From contig NMRA01000001.1 of NCBI GenBank assembly GCA_002633005.1, forward strand, positions 2,401,695 through 2,465,694: a stretch of DNA of 64,000 bases. The letters are read 5' to 3'. The notes beneath the pieces are model-generated. The model worked only from the letters and a program-made list of their open reading frames with translations, was not told the DNA's origin and did no database searches. This DNA is from Phoronis australis (lineage: Eukaryota; Animalia; Phoronida). This document shows, one piece after another, positions 51,300-64,000 of this stretch; the first letter of the stretch is position 1, and the number at the start of each line of letters is the position of its first letter. The position numbers were made by a program, and so were the translations under genes.

Positions 51300-51573
51300 C
51301 GGTGCAATTGTACGGTGCCACAGCGGTCGTGACCGTGTTGGGGCGATCCCACTGCGGATTGGCCCAACCTGCGGTGGCACTGCGGAAGTTTTGAACATGT
51401 TCAAAGTATCTGTGGTGCCACCGCGACGGTCCGCGGTTTTGACAGTTTTCCGCAGTGCTACGGCTACCAATGGCGGAACCACTGCGGAACCAAGGCGATC
51501 ATGGCGGTGCCACTGCGGTTTATACCGTACAAGCACCGCAGTGGCATCGCACCTCTGGTGTGACGGAGGCATT
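51300..51573. mobile_element. PIF/Harbinger-like palindromic MITE fragment
   Basis: GC-rich island with central palindrome tttgaacatgttcaaa flanked by gcggtggcac / gtgccaccgc; ends gtgtgacggaggcattaa. Confidence 0.55.
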
Positions 51574-53291
51574 AAGCAAACGCAGGCTGAACTTGCCAGT
51601 GTTCCCGCTGTACCGGACTTACACAGCCACTCCAGTAAATATCTAAGGTACTTTAACATATTAATACCAGAGATGTAGCATGTGTTGGACAATGTGGAAT
51701 GTGTCCCGAATAAAGGTGAAGCGAAATGGCTATTCAAGTTGCATTGTCCTTAGTGTTTAGGGGTTCCGCTGCCATGGGTTTTTGAAGCGCCGGTCCACAT
51801 TGGTTATATTCAGGTCCCCGAAAAATTCTTCGTCTGGCTTTGAGAACCCCAACCCTCTAAATAAATGCACCAATCGTTTAACAAATGTAGCAAAAGAATT
51901 GCGGGCTGTTGATATCTGAGGATTTCCACTGAACTCAGTGGTGGGCAATTCACAGTGGAATAATTAGAATACTCCTCATTTTTTAGCACAAACCCTGAAA
52001 ATTGAACAAAGTTGTTCTTTACAGCAGCGTTTATCAAAACGTATCATTGTTAAATCTTCATCGATTACAAAGTAAGCGGCAATGAACATGTGTTTCAGTT
52101 CAACACTAAGTCGCTAAGTTTTCAGTGCAGAAATGAGACAACGGGAGTTGTGAGCACTTAAATCACTGAAAGAGTAACTTCTGCGTGACTAAATTCTGTT
52201 GAAAACTGTTGAATCGTACACAACAGTTAGAGGAAAATTGGTCTCAAACATTGGTGAAAACACTTTATATACAGTTTTTTAAACGCTAAACCTAAACTGC
52301 TGTCGTCCAAGATGGCAAGTGACCCAAATTTCACCACAAAATGCAATGAATAACTTTGTACTGCTTATCCCGATTTTGACATTTTTAAATTTTTGTTGTG
52401 TTGGATGCATTGTCTATCGAACGATATTGAAAAAAAATCTTCAAAACGAAAAAAGGTGCGACCGCCCTCTATAGTAGCAACTCTTTGGTCTCATTAGTTT
52501 TCCCCTTGATGTTCAATAATTTTTGGAACAGACGATAGAACGACGTAGCATCTCTATCACCATTGCTTGAGCAGCCAACTATTGCACAAAAAATCACCAT
52601 TGTACTGAGAAAATTCCCCGAGAGTTCGACTAAGAAAAGTGTCTTTGCTTCATAAAACCACTACCCTATTGAAATGCTTCTCTTCCAACATGGCGGATGG
52701 CCTAGTTGATGACGTCATACGAAAACACAACAGGTGGCCATATTGTTTAGTTGGAAACTGCAACCTATAATCTCAAAATTAATTATGTGATGTTCTGTTT
52801 CAAGCTCCAGTTATGATTATGGTACTCGCAAAACATCCGTTTGCTATACACTCTCCTACAGTACGCTTATCTACGTTTTGTTTACTGGATACTGACAATA
52901 TGGAGACTGAAAATATTGCCTTCACCAGTTGGGAAATTTAACTTTTATTGGCAAGTACAGATATATCTATTGTTACCCAAGAGGAGAAAATGTAAACACG
53001 GGGGCAATGACGGAAGTTAATGCAGGCATAATAGGGGCTGATATGCAAACTCAGATATAAGAGGCACTTATCCCTTACCGGGTCTTCCTGACTGGCTGGC
53101 TGTAATTACTATTAATCTGAGGGATAGCGCATTCAGACTGCCTGTCAAGAGTAGACTGACGCTGGTCTTGGCACTTGATTGACATGACCCATGATGGTGT
53201 AATTTGTTCACAGTAGAATAGTAGAGATCATTCTAAGAGCCTAGCTTGTTAGTGATTAATTTCATTAGTCTGCGTTCTAGAGCCTACCATG

Positions 53292-53736
53292 TGTTATCGG
53301 AATGAATGGGTAGATTTCTGAAAGTTCTAAAGTGCGCTTAATATAAAGCGGTGAAAAGTTCCAGAGAGACTATAAATACGCAAGCATGGGTTAGATGAGT
53401 TCAGTGTTGCAAGGGAGTTGAATAGAGTTTCAGTTGAAGATATAGCTGAGTTGCAGTGAAGAGAATCAGCAGTTACGGCGTTAAGAAATAGAGCCAGCCA
53501 TAGAGACAGGTTATTGAATCGACGAGTGTAAAGTTGCTGAAAGTGTCTCAGACGTTCTACACTGCACAAGGCTTCGCAGCACTGTCTGCGCAGCATAGAA
53601 GAGACATTACGTCGGACGTTTTGTTTGAGTAGGCGTGTGAATTACGTACGGTCGAGATTACTAAAGTAATTAACTTGAGCCAGTCTTCAGTTTATGTTAT
53701 CGTCTCACCGAAAGGTATTGCCACCGGTCGGTAACA
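53292..53736 (+). mobile_element. Candidate solo LTR (~445 bp)
   Basis: TGTTATCGG ... TCGGTAACA terminal inverted repeat and an internal TATAAATA; TSD imperfect (accatg / acctg). Confidence 0.4.
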
Positions 53737-56662
53737 ACCTGCGCTCACCCATATACAGGGAAAAACGCGATACTGCACCTTCCAGATGATTCAAATCAAA
53801 TTAAGTAGGTGTGGATCAACTATGATTTTTACTCTTGAAATCCATAGTGTCTGAAGGTTCCCTGATAAATTTCAACTTCCCTCTTCGAAACGGTGAAGCC
53901 ACGATTTAGCAAAAATAAAATGGCAACAACTATTCTTTCATTGAGAGCAGATGTCAAGAATATGTCATTCGTAGCCTTCACACGCAGCACATAACTCAGA
54001 ATGCTACAACCAATCCAACACGCGAGTCACATTACATTCAATGATATCAGGCTAAAAAATCGATGCAGGCGGATTTCAAAGCAATGAACTCAACGATTAA
54101 GTGCATTCCCCATAAAAACGACGGCCTTGAAATGTACTCGTATGAAAGGGAACAATGAAGGCGTTGTCAGAAGAGTTTGGCCAAGCAGCTGGAGTGCTCT
54201 CATATAGTAGTGCGACTTCATCACTTGCTGCGCCCATCAACGAGCTAGCAGCAAAGCAATCTATCTGAGTACCAGTAATGCTGCCACTGTATAGAGGTGC
54301 CATTGACAACATTGCCAACGCCTTTTACAACGCCCTCGTGAAATTAGTTCAATTAGCCAGTACATGGCAATTCGCCTTGAGTCACCGTTTCTTTTATCAA
54401 ACATTCCAACAAAAACCGATGTTCGCCTGGAAGGTGTTCGAATATCAAAACAGCGGCGGTCGAAGTATTAAATTTTAACTGGTGATTAAAAAATAACCCC
54501 TGGGTAGTTTTTCACTGGGCCAGTTTAAATGTATTGTAAACCTTGTAGAAATCATTTCATTGAATGACGGGTCATTTCTGAACACGCTAATGGCAATTTA
54601 CCTTTACATGTAGGCCCTGTTTCTAAGACCTACTACAGGAACAGTTACCATAATACTGGAAAATGTCGGCCACGTGTTATGGAGTCTCTTAATTCCTAAA
54701 ATGTATATGACATAAAGAACACAAGAATTAGCTCGCTTTAAAATCGATAGTGTTCTCGCCTCTGGGAATTTAATTGATCTATTACGTTCACCGTTCCAAT
54801 AGACTGATGAAGTCACACGACTATGAACAAAGATTCTATAGTATTTTTGCTCTGAAATTGCGAGGACGTAGTCGGATATAAACGGAAATTACTGACTTTG
54901 TCTAAATATGGTTGCGGTATTCCCACGAAACAGCCATCTGTCGAAAAGTTAGTAAACGTGTTTTGATCTCGCAATCGAGTTACCGCGCTTGTAAATGTTT
55001 AGAAAAAGAATTATTGCTGCTAATTATGAAGCTACTAGCCGTTATTAGCTAGTGCGAAACGCAGAGGGTAATAGATACTTGGACTAAGAGTGAACATTAG
55101 TGTTCATCGCAAGAGACAGGAATACTTCTTGAAAAGGACGTGTTCAAAGCTTCAAGCTGAACAGTCACTGTCAGATTATAGCAGGCAAGGTGTGCGGCTG
55201 CGGGATTCTTTCCACAGGCAGTACAAATTTCTTTCCAGAACATTTGACCCTGCCGTAACACAAAGTACAGTAATCAGATATTCTTTAAAGTGAAAACTCA
55301 TATGAAGAATGCATTTGATACTGCATATTACAAAAGTTGCATCATAAATGTACATACTGAGGTAGAGAGCCAGCTAGCTGTATGAAGACTATCGTCAACA
55401 TACAGCTAGGTAGCTAGTGTGTGTAGAGCTCCGGTTAGACACCGAAATCATCACCGAAACCCGGTGCTCAGCTTGTCACCTCGTCGTGAAACTTAAAGCT
55501 GGCAACGGGGATGCATGCAGAATCTGGGAATGAACCGACATTCACCTTGCCCGTTACAGCCGTTTAAAGAAGTAAAAAGACAATCTAATAAACGTTATTT
55601 TTCGTAATTCTCCGCCTTTTGTAACAAAGGAAATCTTGCAATGAAATGAAACCACTTGTGATTGTTATGACATGTACGCAACCTCACATTTGATTGAATA
55701 ACATGGAAATTGGCCAACAGGTGACGCAATGGCGCCCAAAGAGTGCATAGCAATTTTAGCAGGAGAACGCCAATTTTCCAACACCAGGGTAAATAATTTA
55801 GTTTACTCAAGGAAGAGTAAGGATTTTTTAATGAGGCATCATTAATTTTGACAGCGACAGGCCATACGTGACAGAAGCCGGAGGGAGTGAAATTAAGTCG
55901 ACGGAGTGACGTCACCCAGGCCAGTACAAAACTGACCACCCTCCCTCCGCGTCTGCGAAAAAACGGCCTGCAAGAAAAAAATAGAACACCTCGAATCCAA
56001 ATAGGGGGCCGGTGCAATACCTGGGACCAAGGCGATGCCTAAACTGGCGCAACAAAGGTCTGTAGTGCAGCGGGGAAGACAGAGTTTGTGCAAACGATGC
56101 ATTTTATATAATTGAAAAGAACTGAGAAGATAGGTCGCTGGCTGGGCGACAGCCGAGTGACGGGTGAAAACTTGGCATCCCGCGGCTTGCGTCTCGAGGG
56201 GCGCGATCGCTAAGGTATATCCCTGATTAAAATCAGCGACACCTGTTTCCACTGTGATGTGGATTTCGAAGTGTGTATTCTGTGGGGGCAATGTTGTCAC
56301 AATCTGGGGAAAGTGTTTTATGAAAAACATTAGGGCGTTTGCCCGTTATCTATTACGTGTTCGATCGGATACCAAACGAACACGTTGGCCTGTTGACCGA
56401 CGTACCCAGTATCTTATTGTGGAACACATCCCAATGCTGATAAAATGCTTATTAACGATATCTCAAACGTTATTCACAAAACTGGCCATTTTACAATATT
56501 TCACATTTGTCTAACAAAATATCTTATCTTTATTGTCTGGAACTTCAAATGCGAAATATATACCATGTAACGAGGAAAAAGATTTAGTACAACAACTTAC
56601 AAGAACGTGGGAATTAGTTTACTACTTATCCGAAGTCAAAGATTACAGGCTCGTCACTCATA

Positions 56663-56739
56663 CTCGCTGGTTCCCTGCGTGCCGCTAGGTGGTCGGTAGC
56701 TAGCACGCGTGCTGGCTAGGCATGTAGGGAGCCAGCGAG
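56663..56739. repeat. Short GC-rich hairpin element
   Basis: ctcgctggttccctgcgtgcc ... ggcatgtagggagccagcgag, with an internal palindrome agcacgcgtgct. Confidence 0.6.
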
Positions 56740-57249
56740 GTCACTCAAATCGAATCTCCCGGCGCTAGGCGCAATTCACCGAGTCACCATAATATTGATT
56801 CAATAAGGGGTACATAGCATAGAAAAATGCCGCGGAAAACAGCTTTTATCCTTAGGGAGTTGTGCGTCTGCATGCATACGACCGTTGAAAACGAATGCAC
56901 CGAGTCCGACCTAATTAAAACGATGTACATGAAACCCCACGTGCAAAATTAAAACGTTTTAGTGATAATTAAGTTAATTACGCATTGCAAATTCATACAA
57001 ACCAAATTATAAGACCGTAATCGGATATTCCAAACAGCGTTTTTGAATTTTGAAGGTGTAAACTTATTAATAATGACACATAAATATAAAACATATTTTT
57101 ACAATCCCTGATCTTATTTCTTTCAGAAAATACATACTTTTACTAGTTAACAAAGCCTAGTTTTTCGATATACGAGTTAGAATGGAGGCCACTAAATAAA
57201 GTTTGAGATATCATTTGCAAACCGAATGACCTTGGCAACCGTCACTTAT

Positions 57250-58000
57250 TCATTACGCGCTCACATATTTATATGTGCATGGGTACATATTGCCGTCATC
57301 TCTGTCCGGCGTTTGGCGTCCGGCATCCGGGCGGGTGTCCGTCGTCCGGCGTTCGCATCTGTATCTCCTAAATTCCTCACAGAATCTTTATGAGATTTGT
57401 GACGGTTTCTATGAAGTTGACGACGGATGACGGTGAATTTCGGACCTATCCTACTACCGGTGTGCCCCCTAGTAGCATAGTTTTTTACGTTTACCTCTGC
57501 ATCTTCGGGGGTTCTGAACAGATTTTCATAAAAGTTAGTGGCAGGTAGACATTTACTAGTGAGATGACGCCATCCTCCCGTTTTCAGATGGATTCGACGT
57601 ATTTTGCGCTACCTAATGGCCATTTTTCCTATGTTTTTGTGGCGTCCGCCCTTCTGTCCACCAAACCAAAAAGGGTGAAAATTGGCAGATATGATCCTAC
57701 TGTTGAGGGCGGCTGACGATGATTTTCCGAAGACTTCGACTACTGTGGCCCCTCCTAGTTTCATTTTTTTGCGCCTGTGACTGTTCTCTTTTAAACGTTC
57801 TGCAGGATCTTTTGATTAAATTTAGCAACTATGAAGTTGACAACAAACAACGACGACTTTAGCCGGATCCCCTAGTGGCAATTTTACTATTTTTTTACGT
57901 CTGCCTCTGTATCTTTAAAGGTCCTCAACGAATTTTCATAAAATTTGGCAGATAGGCATTTATTAGTGAGTTGACACTATCCTCCAGTTTTTGGATGGAT
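57250..58000 (-). mobile_element. Inverted copy of the Helentron/HINE-like repeat at 41000-42240
   Basis: Reverse complement gives ggacagagatgacggca...cacatataaatatgtgagcgcg, ctactagggggcacaccggtagtaggat, gaatccatctgaaaacgggaggatggcgtcatctcact, matching 41630-41930. Confidence 0.75.
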
Positions 58001-58004
58001 GGTT

Positions 58005-58283
58005 CACCTTAGGAGGCCGTCGATGTCTTTAGGCCTAATTCCTTTCAACTCCAACAAATACTCCCGTAATCAAGCTTTTTTTCGGGCAGTCCTTCTTTCA
58101 GTTGCCCAAATCGCAACTGGCCTTTTTTACACTGCGCGCGCTCTTATTTTTACACAGGAGCACGCGGATTGTAAAAATCTCCAGTTGACGATTTAGGCAA
58201 CTGAACGAAGGACTGTTCGAAAAAAAACATTACGGAAGTATTTGTTCGAAAGATATTAGAGACATGGACGGCCTCCTAAGGTG
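58005..58283. mobile_element. Near fully palindromic MITE (fold-back)
   Basis: caccttaggaggccgtc ... gacggcctcctaaggtg termini; arms also pair internally (cagttgcccaaatcg / cgatttaggcaactg). Confidence 0.8.
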
Positions 58284-59455
58284 CCCCTCTATGAGCAAAC
58301 GGTACTTATAGCAACGTGACTTTGATGCTTTCATCAATGTGGGGCATAATTCGCCGAAACGCTTCCAGCTCTGCGTATGAAGCACCTACAGGAGCTTCAC
58401 CGTCTCTTCTGGGTCCAGTCGAGACGATGGCACTGTCTATGCAAATTATAGTCATATTGGTGATTCCTGATTTTAGAATCAGGCAATCACTAAAATTTGC
58501 AATTTGTTGATCTTTTAACCAAATGCGATTTCAAAACCAGGAGCTACCAAGAATGACTACGAACACAAAGACATGTCGTAAGCACACACACACTGACAAT
58601 TTACCCAACTTAAGCTCCTCCCCCTTTTGATGTTCACTGTCACAAACTCAAAGACCATTGAATGGCCTTGTGTTAACGTTATAACTTATTCATGGTTCGC
58701 AGTCAGCATAAGCAATGAGCTATACCAGGAGTATAGCTCACTGGCATAACCAGGAGAATAATTAGATTAGTTAACCCGCACACAGACTTCACGTGAGTGA
58801 CTGACGACTGGACGTTGCGTATCATTCGCTGAATCGATTGTGGCCAACCTGTCTTCCACAACTTCCGTACATTTCCTCTGTAGGCCATGCATGTAGTTCT
58901 ATCAACTCGTTCACGTAAGCTAGCCGACAAATGGTTTTTCGAAGGTTACAAAATTCCAACATTGTACTCCCATCGAAAACTACCTTACGAACACAACCCA
59001 ACACAAAGGAAATTTGCACGAAAACCACATTTGCTAAGAATTGAGTGAGTGATACTGATTGAAATGTATTGATAATATGCAAGTGTCTAATTTGAATACA
59101 GGTTAGACATTGCTGTTCATTTACGACACTGTTGGTCGCCGATTAATTTAAAGCCATGCGATAATGATTAATCGCGTTTAATGCTTTGAACCAATTCAAT
59201 GTCCGTTGTCTTACGGCTTGTACTTATTTAAATGTTAGGAAAACATTCAGGGCAATGAATTTTTTCATTTTACATTTTGATGGATTTTTGGTTTGCAAAA
59301 GCAAACAATAGTTTTTGTTGAAAATTGGGAAAACTTCAGTTCGAACAATGACAAATATTTAAAATATCATTCAAAACTTGAAAAAGGTAAATTTTGATCA
59401 CATAAAAACCTCATATTTTCATAAAACTTAAGTTTTGAATACAAGAAAAACTTAA

Positions 59456-61142
59456 AGGAGAATGTCACCCAAAAACAACCTATTTTGTATCAATTTAGAT
59501 CGAGTAGGTTCTACTCCATAACAGCACGTTCGGTTGCGTTACCTGACACCTGCCGACAGACGGAGGTGTTGAAATTATCCAATGACGTCATTGGTTTCAC
59601 ACGCAGTCTGTTCAGCAGTTCACAATACGGGTTGCTGGTGTCAGGTTATCGCTTGAATTCATCGTTTAACACCAATAAATCACCAAACTTCGATGTAAAA
59701 CCCTTAAAAATACATCGAGTTCTTATAAAACGTGTTGTTTTATTTCGCTGTTACGAATTTATTGGTGTTTGGACAAACCGTAGCCTACAAAGTTCGGCAG
59801 GCTAATTTTCCAAGGTCCGTAGCAGAACTTGGGGTCTATTTGGAAATAAATTCGAAGTATTCTTCCGTGAAATACAGACAAGAGAACCTAGATCTGTTTT
59901 GTTTAGACTTGTGATTTTTTAGTTCTAAACACACAAAAGGCTTGTTATCCCGGCTAGTGGCTCGGAACCCGATCAGGCCCGTCGCGGCTGCCGGGACTGA
60001 CACGAATATAAACCAGCTTGAGTTGGAAACTAAACCTCTAGCCACGAAAAGACTATAATAGTCAGTGCTGTAGTGGTAAAAGTAGAGGTAAGTAGGCGCC
60101 GAAAGCACACCTTATCACCTTGAACTTAACTTATGGTGCGTAGGCGCTAGTTCAAATGCCAAAAGGTGGTTGGCTGCGCCTACGTGCGCCTACGTGCGCC
60201 TACGCCACACTACAACACTGATAATAGTGAGCCAAAGAAATAATGTGCACGTAATTATTTACGTGAATTAGCCACGAAATTGAAAAATCTACTTATTTGT
60301 CGAGGGTCCCGAAGTCGGGTTCCCCTTCCACAGTGACAATGATTTGAATAATGTATTTGTATTTCTAAATAAAGATTCCCCTAACATGTGACCATAGCAT
60401 ATAAAATCGAGTAATTGTTTCACAACAGCTTTCTGTCAGCAAACACTGAATTAGCATGCGCTCACACGGCCTCGGTGCCCTGTCAATTGCCGGCATCAAA
60501 AGCCGGTAACGCAGTGGTTTATTTGTTGCTGGCTTTGCAACATTTGTACTCACGAATACTGCAAAGGCATTATAAATTGTATCTAATGAGACAGGCTTTG
60601 TTTCACTTTTATATAAGCATTGGTTAAGACGAGAATAATTCATTTTGAAACAGAACGCAGAATACATGGCAACTCGGCCGGCGCCACTGTCCCGACTTAG
60701 TCAAGAGCTCATCCGACGAAGACTCCACGGAGCAGATCGTTAGGTTTCACAGGCTATCAGTTCGAACCGGAATACACTGATCAAGAAATACTAGAGAGGC
60801 GCCGTGAACATGCTCAGACAACATACTTGCTATTAACAGCGTACCTTCCATTCTTCACTACCGCGAGCCACTTCCTAAGCATTTCGGGCTCTCTAGGAAG
60901 TCGAAAAATGTTATACTCGCTTTCTTCGTAGATTCATAGTTCGGACAAGCGGGAACGATGCACCGCAATATAGCGGCATTCACTCAGCAGACGAACCACT
61001 GACGTCGCTGCGTCGTTTCTCATCTTCCTCACGGGTTAACGCGACACCTCTCGGCAAGGTGAGGTCGACCGTATAAGAGGCGATGTGGATACAGACCAAT
61101 TAAGACGGTAAAAAGTCTAATTAAATCGGATGGCATTCTCCT
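59456..61142. mobile_element. Internally deleted Kolobok-type DNA transposon (TTAA TSD) with relic THAP and KolX-like N-termini
   Basis: TTAA|AGGAGAATGTCACCC ... GGATGGCATTCTCCT|TTAA. Minus strand 60979-60806: frameshifted THAP (CIVPAC...FRLP...RKW...SEH). Plus strand 60752-60808: GYQFEPEYTDQEILERR. Confidence 0.8.
60063..60220. mobile_element. hAT-type MITE nested in the Kolobok element
   Basis: TIR CAGTGCTGTAGTG / CACTACAACACTG; perfect 8-bp TSD ATAATAGT (60055-60062 and 60221-60228). Confidence 0.9.
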
Positions 61143-61694
61143 TTAAGTTATGAGTAAACATAAGTTTTAATTTATGATTTGAAAAACTTAAGTTTTCTAA
61201 AAATTATCAGAAAAACGTAGGTTTTGGTTATTCGAATAGCATTAAGTTTTCATTGATTGAAACATTAGTGTATTTGTATTATACTTGAAAGAACCTAAGT
61301 ATTCTGAAATACTTAACTTTATGCTTAAAGCTTAAGCTTTTGGTAAGAACTTAAGTTTTTCCTCAAAAACTTAAGATATTTTTCAAAAAAACCTAAGTTT
61401 TTTCACCAAGCTCTCTTATGATTACAACTGAAATCTTGACAACGGTGTTGTATTCTGGAACTCTCTTGCAAATAGTGCTCGACCGTGCAATATATTTCTT
61501 TAATTTCAAGGTCTAATGTAGTATTTCTTCTGTGAATGTAATTGCTTGTTGTCGACGTCAGTGTATTTCAATGTAAAATCCATGTCGTGTAAACAATTTG
61601 CCTATCATAAGTGTCAGTTACCGTCTATGTTGTTAGACTATAGCGAGTATCTATGGTTAGACATTTCAGTCTGTTCATAGCTATAAGTAATGTG

Positions 61695-61925
61695 CGCGCA
61701 CACACATGCACACGCACGCACGTACACACCACATACACGCACACACATACACTGAGATATACATATACATATAAATATACAAATACATATTCATTTTTAT
61801 ATGTTGTAAGTAATGTGTGTGCATGCATGTATGTTGCGTGCACACACACACACACACATACGCACACACACACACACGCACACACACACACACAGACATA
61901 CATTTACAAGTATACATACACACTC
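61695..61925. repeat. Compound (CA)n/(TA)n microsatellite
   Basis: Direct inspection; source of the HT/VC-rich ORF artefacts. Confidence 0.95.
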
Positions 61926-64000
61926 ATGTATATAGTAGTTTTCATACTGAATACGTTCCATAGACAGAGTATTGTTACTATTAAGTCGCAAAATTGCACA
62001 TGGGACACTGTAGTATTGTTTAAATGAACTTTATTACTATTACTTTCTACTGTACACAGCTCGGGATGCACAGGCACGAGATTAGGTATTTTACGAATAC
62101 AAATTTGCTAGTTCTTGCAACACATTTGTTCGCAACATCGCTACGTAACTAATTCAAGGCTATATACCGACAGCTGTCTTATACATGTTACGTCACCGCG
62201 AGCAGTCAACCCGAAGTCTTGAATTTTCTAATGGCAAAAATGCCCAAAATTGCACCGATTTCCTCACTAGTGATCGGGAAGCTACAGTCGATCAAACAAT
62301 TATCTTTGCAGTGCCCCAGTGTATGCTTCTATTGCAAAGGCATATAAGCAAATAACTGTGTAAAGTTTGGAGTGGATGGTCAAATGGCCTCTGGAATCAG
62401 CACACAGGTTGCCTGAGACTAAAATCGTTATCGTAATAATATGAAGCCTGTGGTAAGCTATCGAAAATATCCCGGGGAGTGCAACAGATGTTTTGATACA
62501 GCTTTCAGTATTTATTTTATTTTACTTTGATTGAAGCATTTAAGTTGTTAGTAGGTTACAGCTTTTCACATCAGATGGAATCGTTTGAACTGAATTAAGC
62601 GTTTTAAGTTGTGTCCTGAACTGCCTTGTTAAAATAAGCAGCTGTAACGGAGTAAGAATAAATCTTATGCATAATTATAAACTAGAACGCCACACGGGTA
62701 ATCTGTCGGTAATAGTCTATAAGCAAGTATCTAATATAATGAGGCACGCTGCCCAAGGCAGTCCGCAAATTAAATGAGATGCTCGTGTTCATAAGGAAAT
62801 AATGATCCCTGTCGGCTTTTCTCTGGAGCTGCCCGAAATGAGAGTTCCAATTTACTGTGGCATTAGAACCCGACGATTAAGCCCAAATCGACAACATTCT
62901 AACTTTCGACACTGCGGATGCAATTCTTTCCATCAAAATACGCATGGAGCTTTCGATAAAATCAAAGAATCTCAAAATCCTCGGTCATCTTGAATATGTG
63001 ACATGTTTATCGGGCATTACAGCCGATTGTTTCGTGTTCTCGAGCTGACGCGAGACATTGCGAAAAGTTAAATTAAAGTTACACATGAGCCATCATTAAT
63101 TTTTATAGTTAAAACTGTCAACATTTTTCACGTTTCTCTTCCAAAACAAAGTCATTGCATTCTTATCCTTTGTTTGAAAGGAAATTGGTTACAATAAATC
63201 AACTAGAATTCCATGCCGACGACCATTTTACTGTCTTGGTGATTGAAACCAAACTGCCGAGACCAGCATCTTAACTAATCTGAAACAATGACAGCCTGTC
63301 AAACCTCCTCAAGCCTAGAAATCACTCTAAACTGAGTAACAAGATACGAGATCAATTGTATGACAGTAAGTTACAAAAAGTTAATTTTTGACGGGTGTGG
63401 GTTTTATAGTTTCACGGTCGGGTTGAAGAGCAGAATTTAAAAAAATGGGAGAAATGCAACGGATTGTTAAGGAAGGCAGGTACGTGTCGCATTCGGCGCA
63501 CTGTGTACATGCATACCCATCAGTACCCCCCCCCCCCCACCCACNAGTTGAGGCAAATTTTATTGTGGTAGAAGTGGTCTGAATCAAAAGCTAGTTACTT
63601 CGACGAAACGCAGCTCTTCAGATGCTTACAGAGCATGGCGAAATCCACCGGGTGTGATACAAAAGCAAACGAACATTTGATTCGAGTAGACGCATTGCTA
63701 TTAAACTGAAACTGTACTTATAGATGAGAAGTGGTTTCTAGGACTGCAAAAAGTCAAAGTTCGTTCTGACTTTCAAGAGACCATTCTCGTCGGGCCCATA
63801 TTCCGGCGGCCTTTTTACATTGTACGGCACTACGGCATTGGGATCACTGACCCGCCGTCAGGCCTTACAAGTTTGAACCCACATTGTCAGTTCTTTCCAA
63901 GCCAAGAATTCATCTTCTAATTTGACGAAGAAACAAAATTTTGAGACCAAATCCGAGTTGTTTTTTTTTGCAAGTCGGCAGCCCGAAGATTTAATTGCGC

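Larger units (their letters stand above)
59280..61405. repeat. AT-rich repeat with many AAAACTTAAGTTTT palindromes, split by the Kolobok insertion
   Basis: The motif recurs at ~59423-59436 and in 61147-61405 on both sides of the insertion. Confidence 0.6.

Noticed and set aside
55595-56330. 140-145 aa minus-strand ORFs
   Set aside because: No recognisable domain or splice structure; probably old repeat sequence.
58703-59082. GSCGRQVGHNRFS resembling a transposase zinc knuckle
   Set aside because: Two of the four ligands are missing and surrounding frames are full of stops; too weak to call.
61625-62027. HT/VC-rich ORFs
   Set aside because: (CA)n microsatellite artefacts.

Overview
Intron-rich, repeat-rich eukaryotic DNA (~40% GC by eye), most likely from an invertebrate animal draft assembly with an N-gap and haplotype duplications. 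Most ORFs in the supplied track are spurious; the real genes were rebuilt by hand from GT-AG splice sites. (1) A + strand gene with 18 coding exons (13884-32931, ~960 aa) encodes MG-start / 10 full + 1 partial ankyrin repeats (one per phase-0 exon) / ZU5-like + UPA-like module / C-terminal FAM111-like trypsin-fold serine protease with an intact His-Asp-Ser triad. This resembles an ankyrin/PIDD/UNC5-type scaffold whose death domain is replaced by a protease, and is the main candidate novel system. A possible decayed death-domain exon lies in the intron where that domain would be expected, and ISRE/kB-like motifs lie upstream. (2) A convergent - strand gene with 3 coding exons (45735-39318, 130 aa) encodes a GPI-anchored Ly6/uPAR (three-finger, quiver/sleepless-like) protein. 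The rest is transposon debris: an internally deleted Kolobok-type element with a nested hAT-type MITE, Helentron-like repeats carrying arrays of CTCF-like motifs, LINE RT fragments, several MITEs, a possible solo LTR and microsatellites. Domain assignments come from motif recognition by eye, not from database searches.
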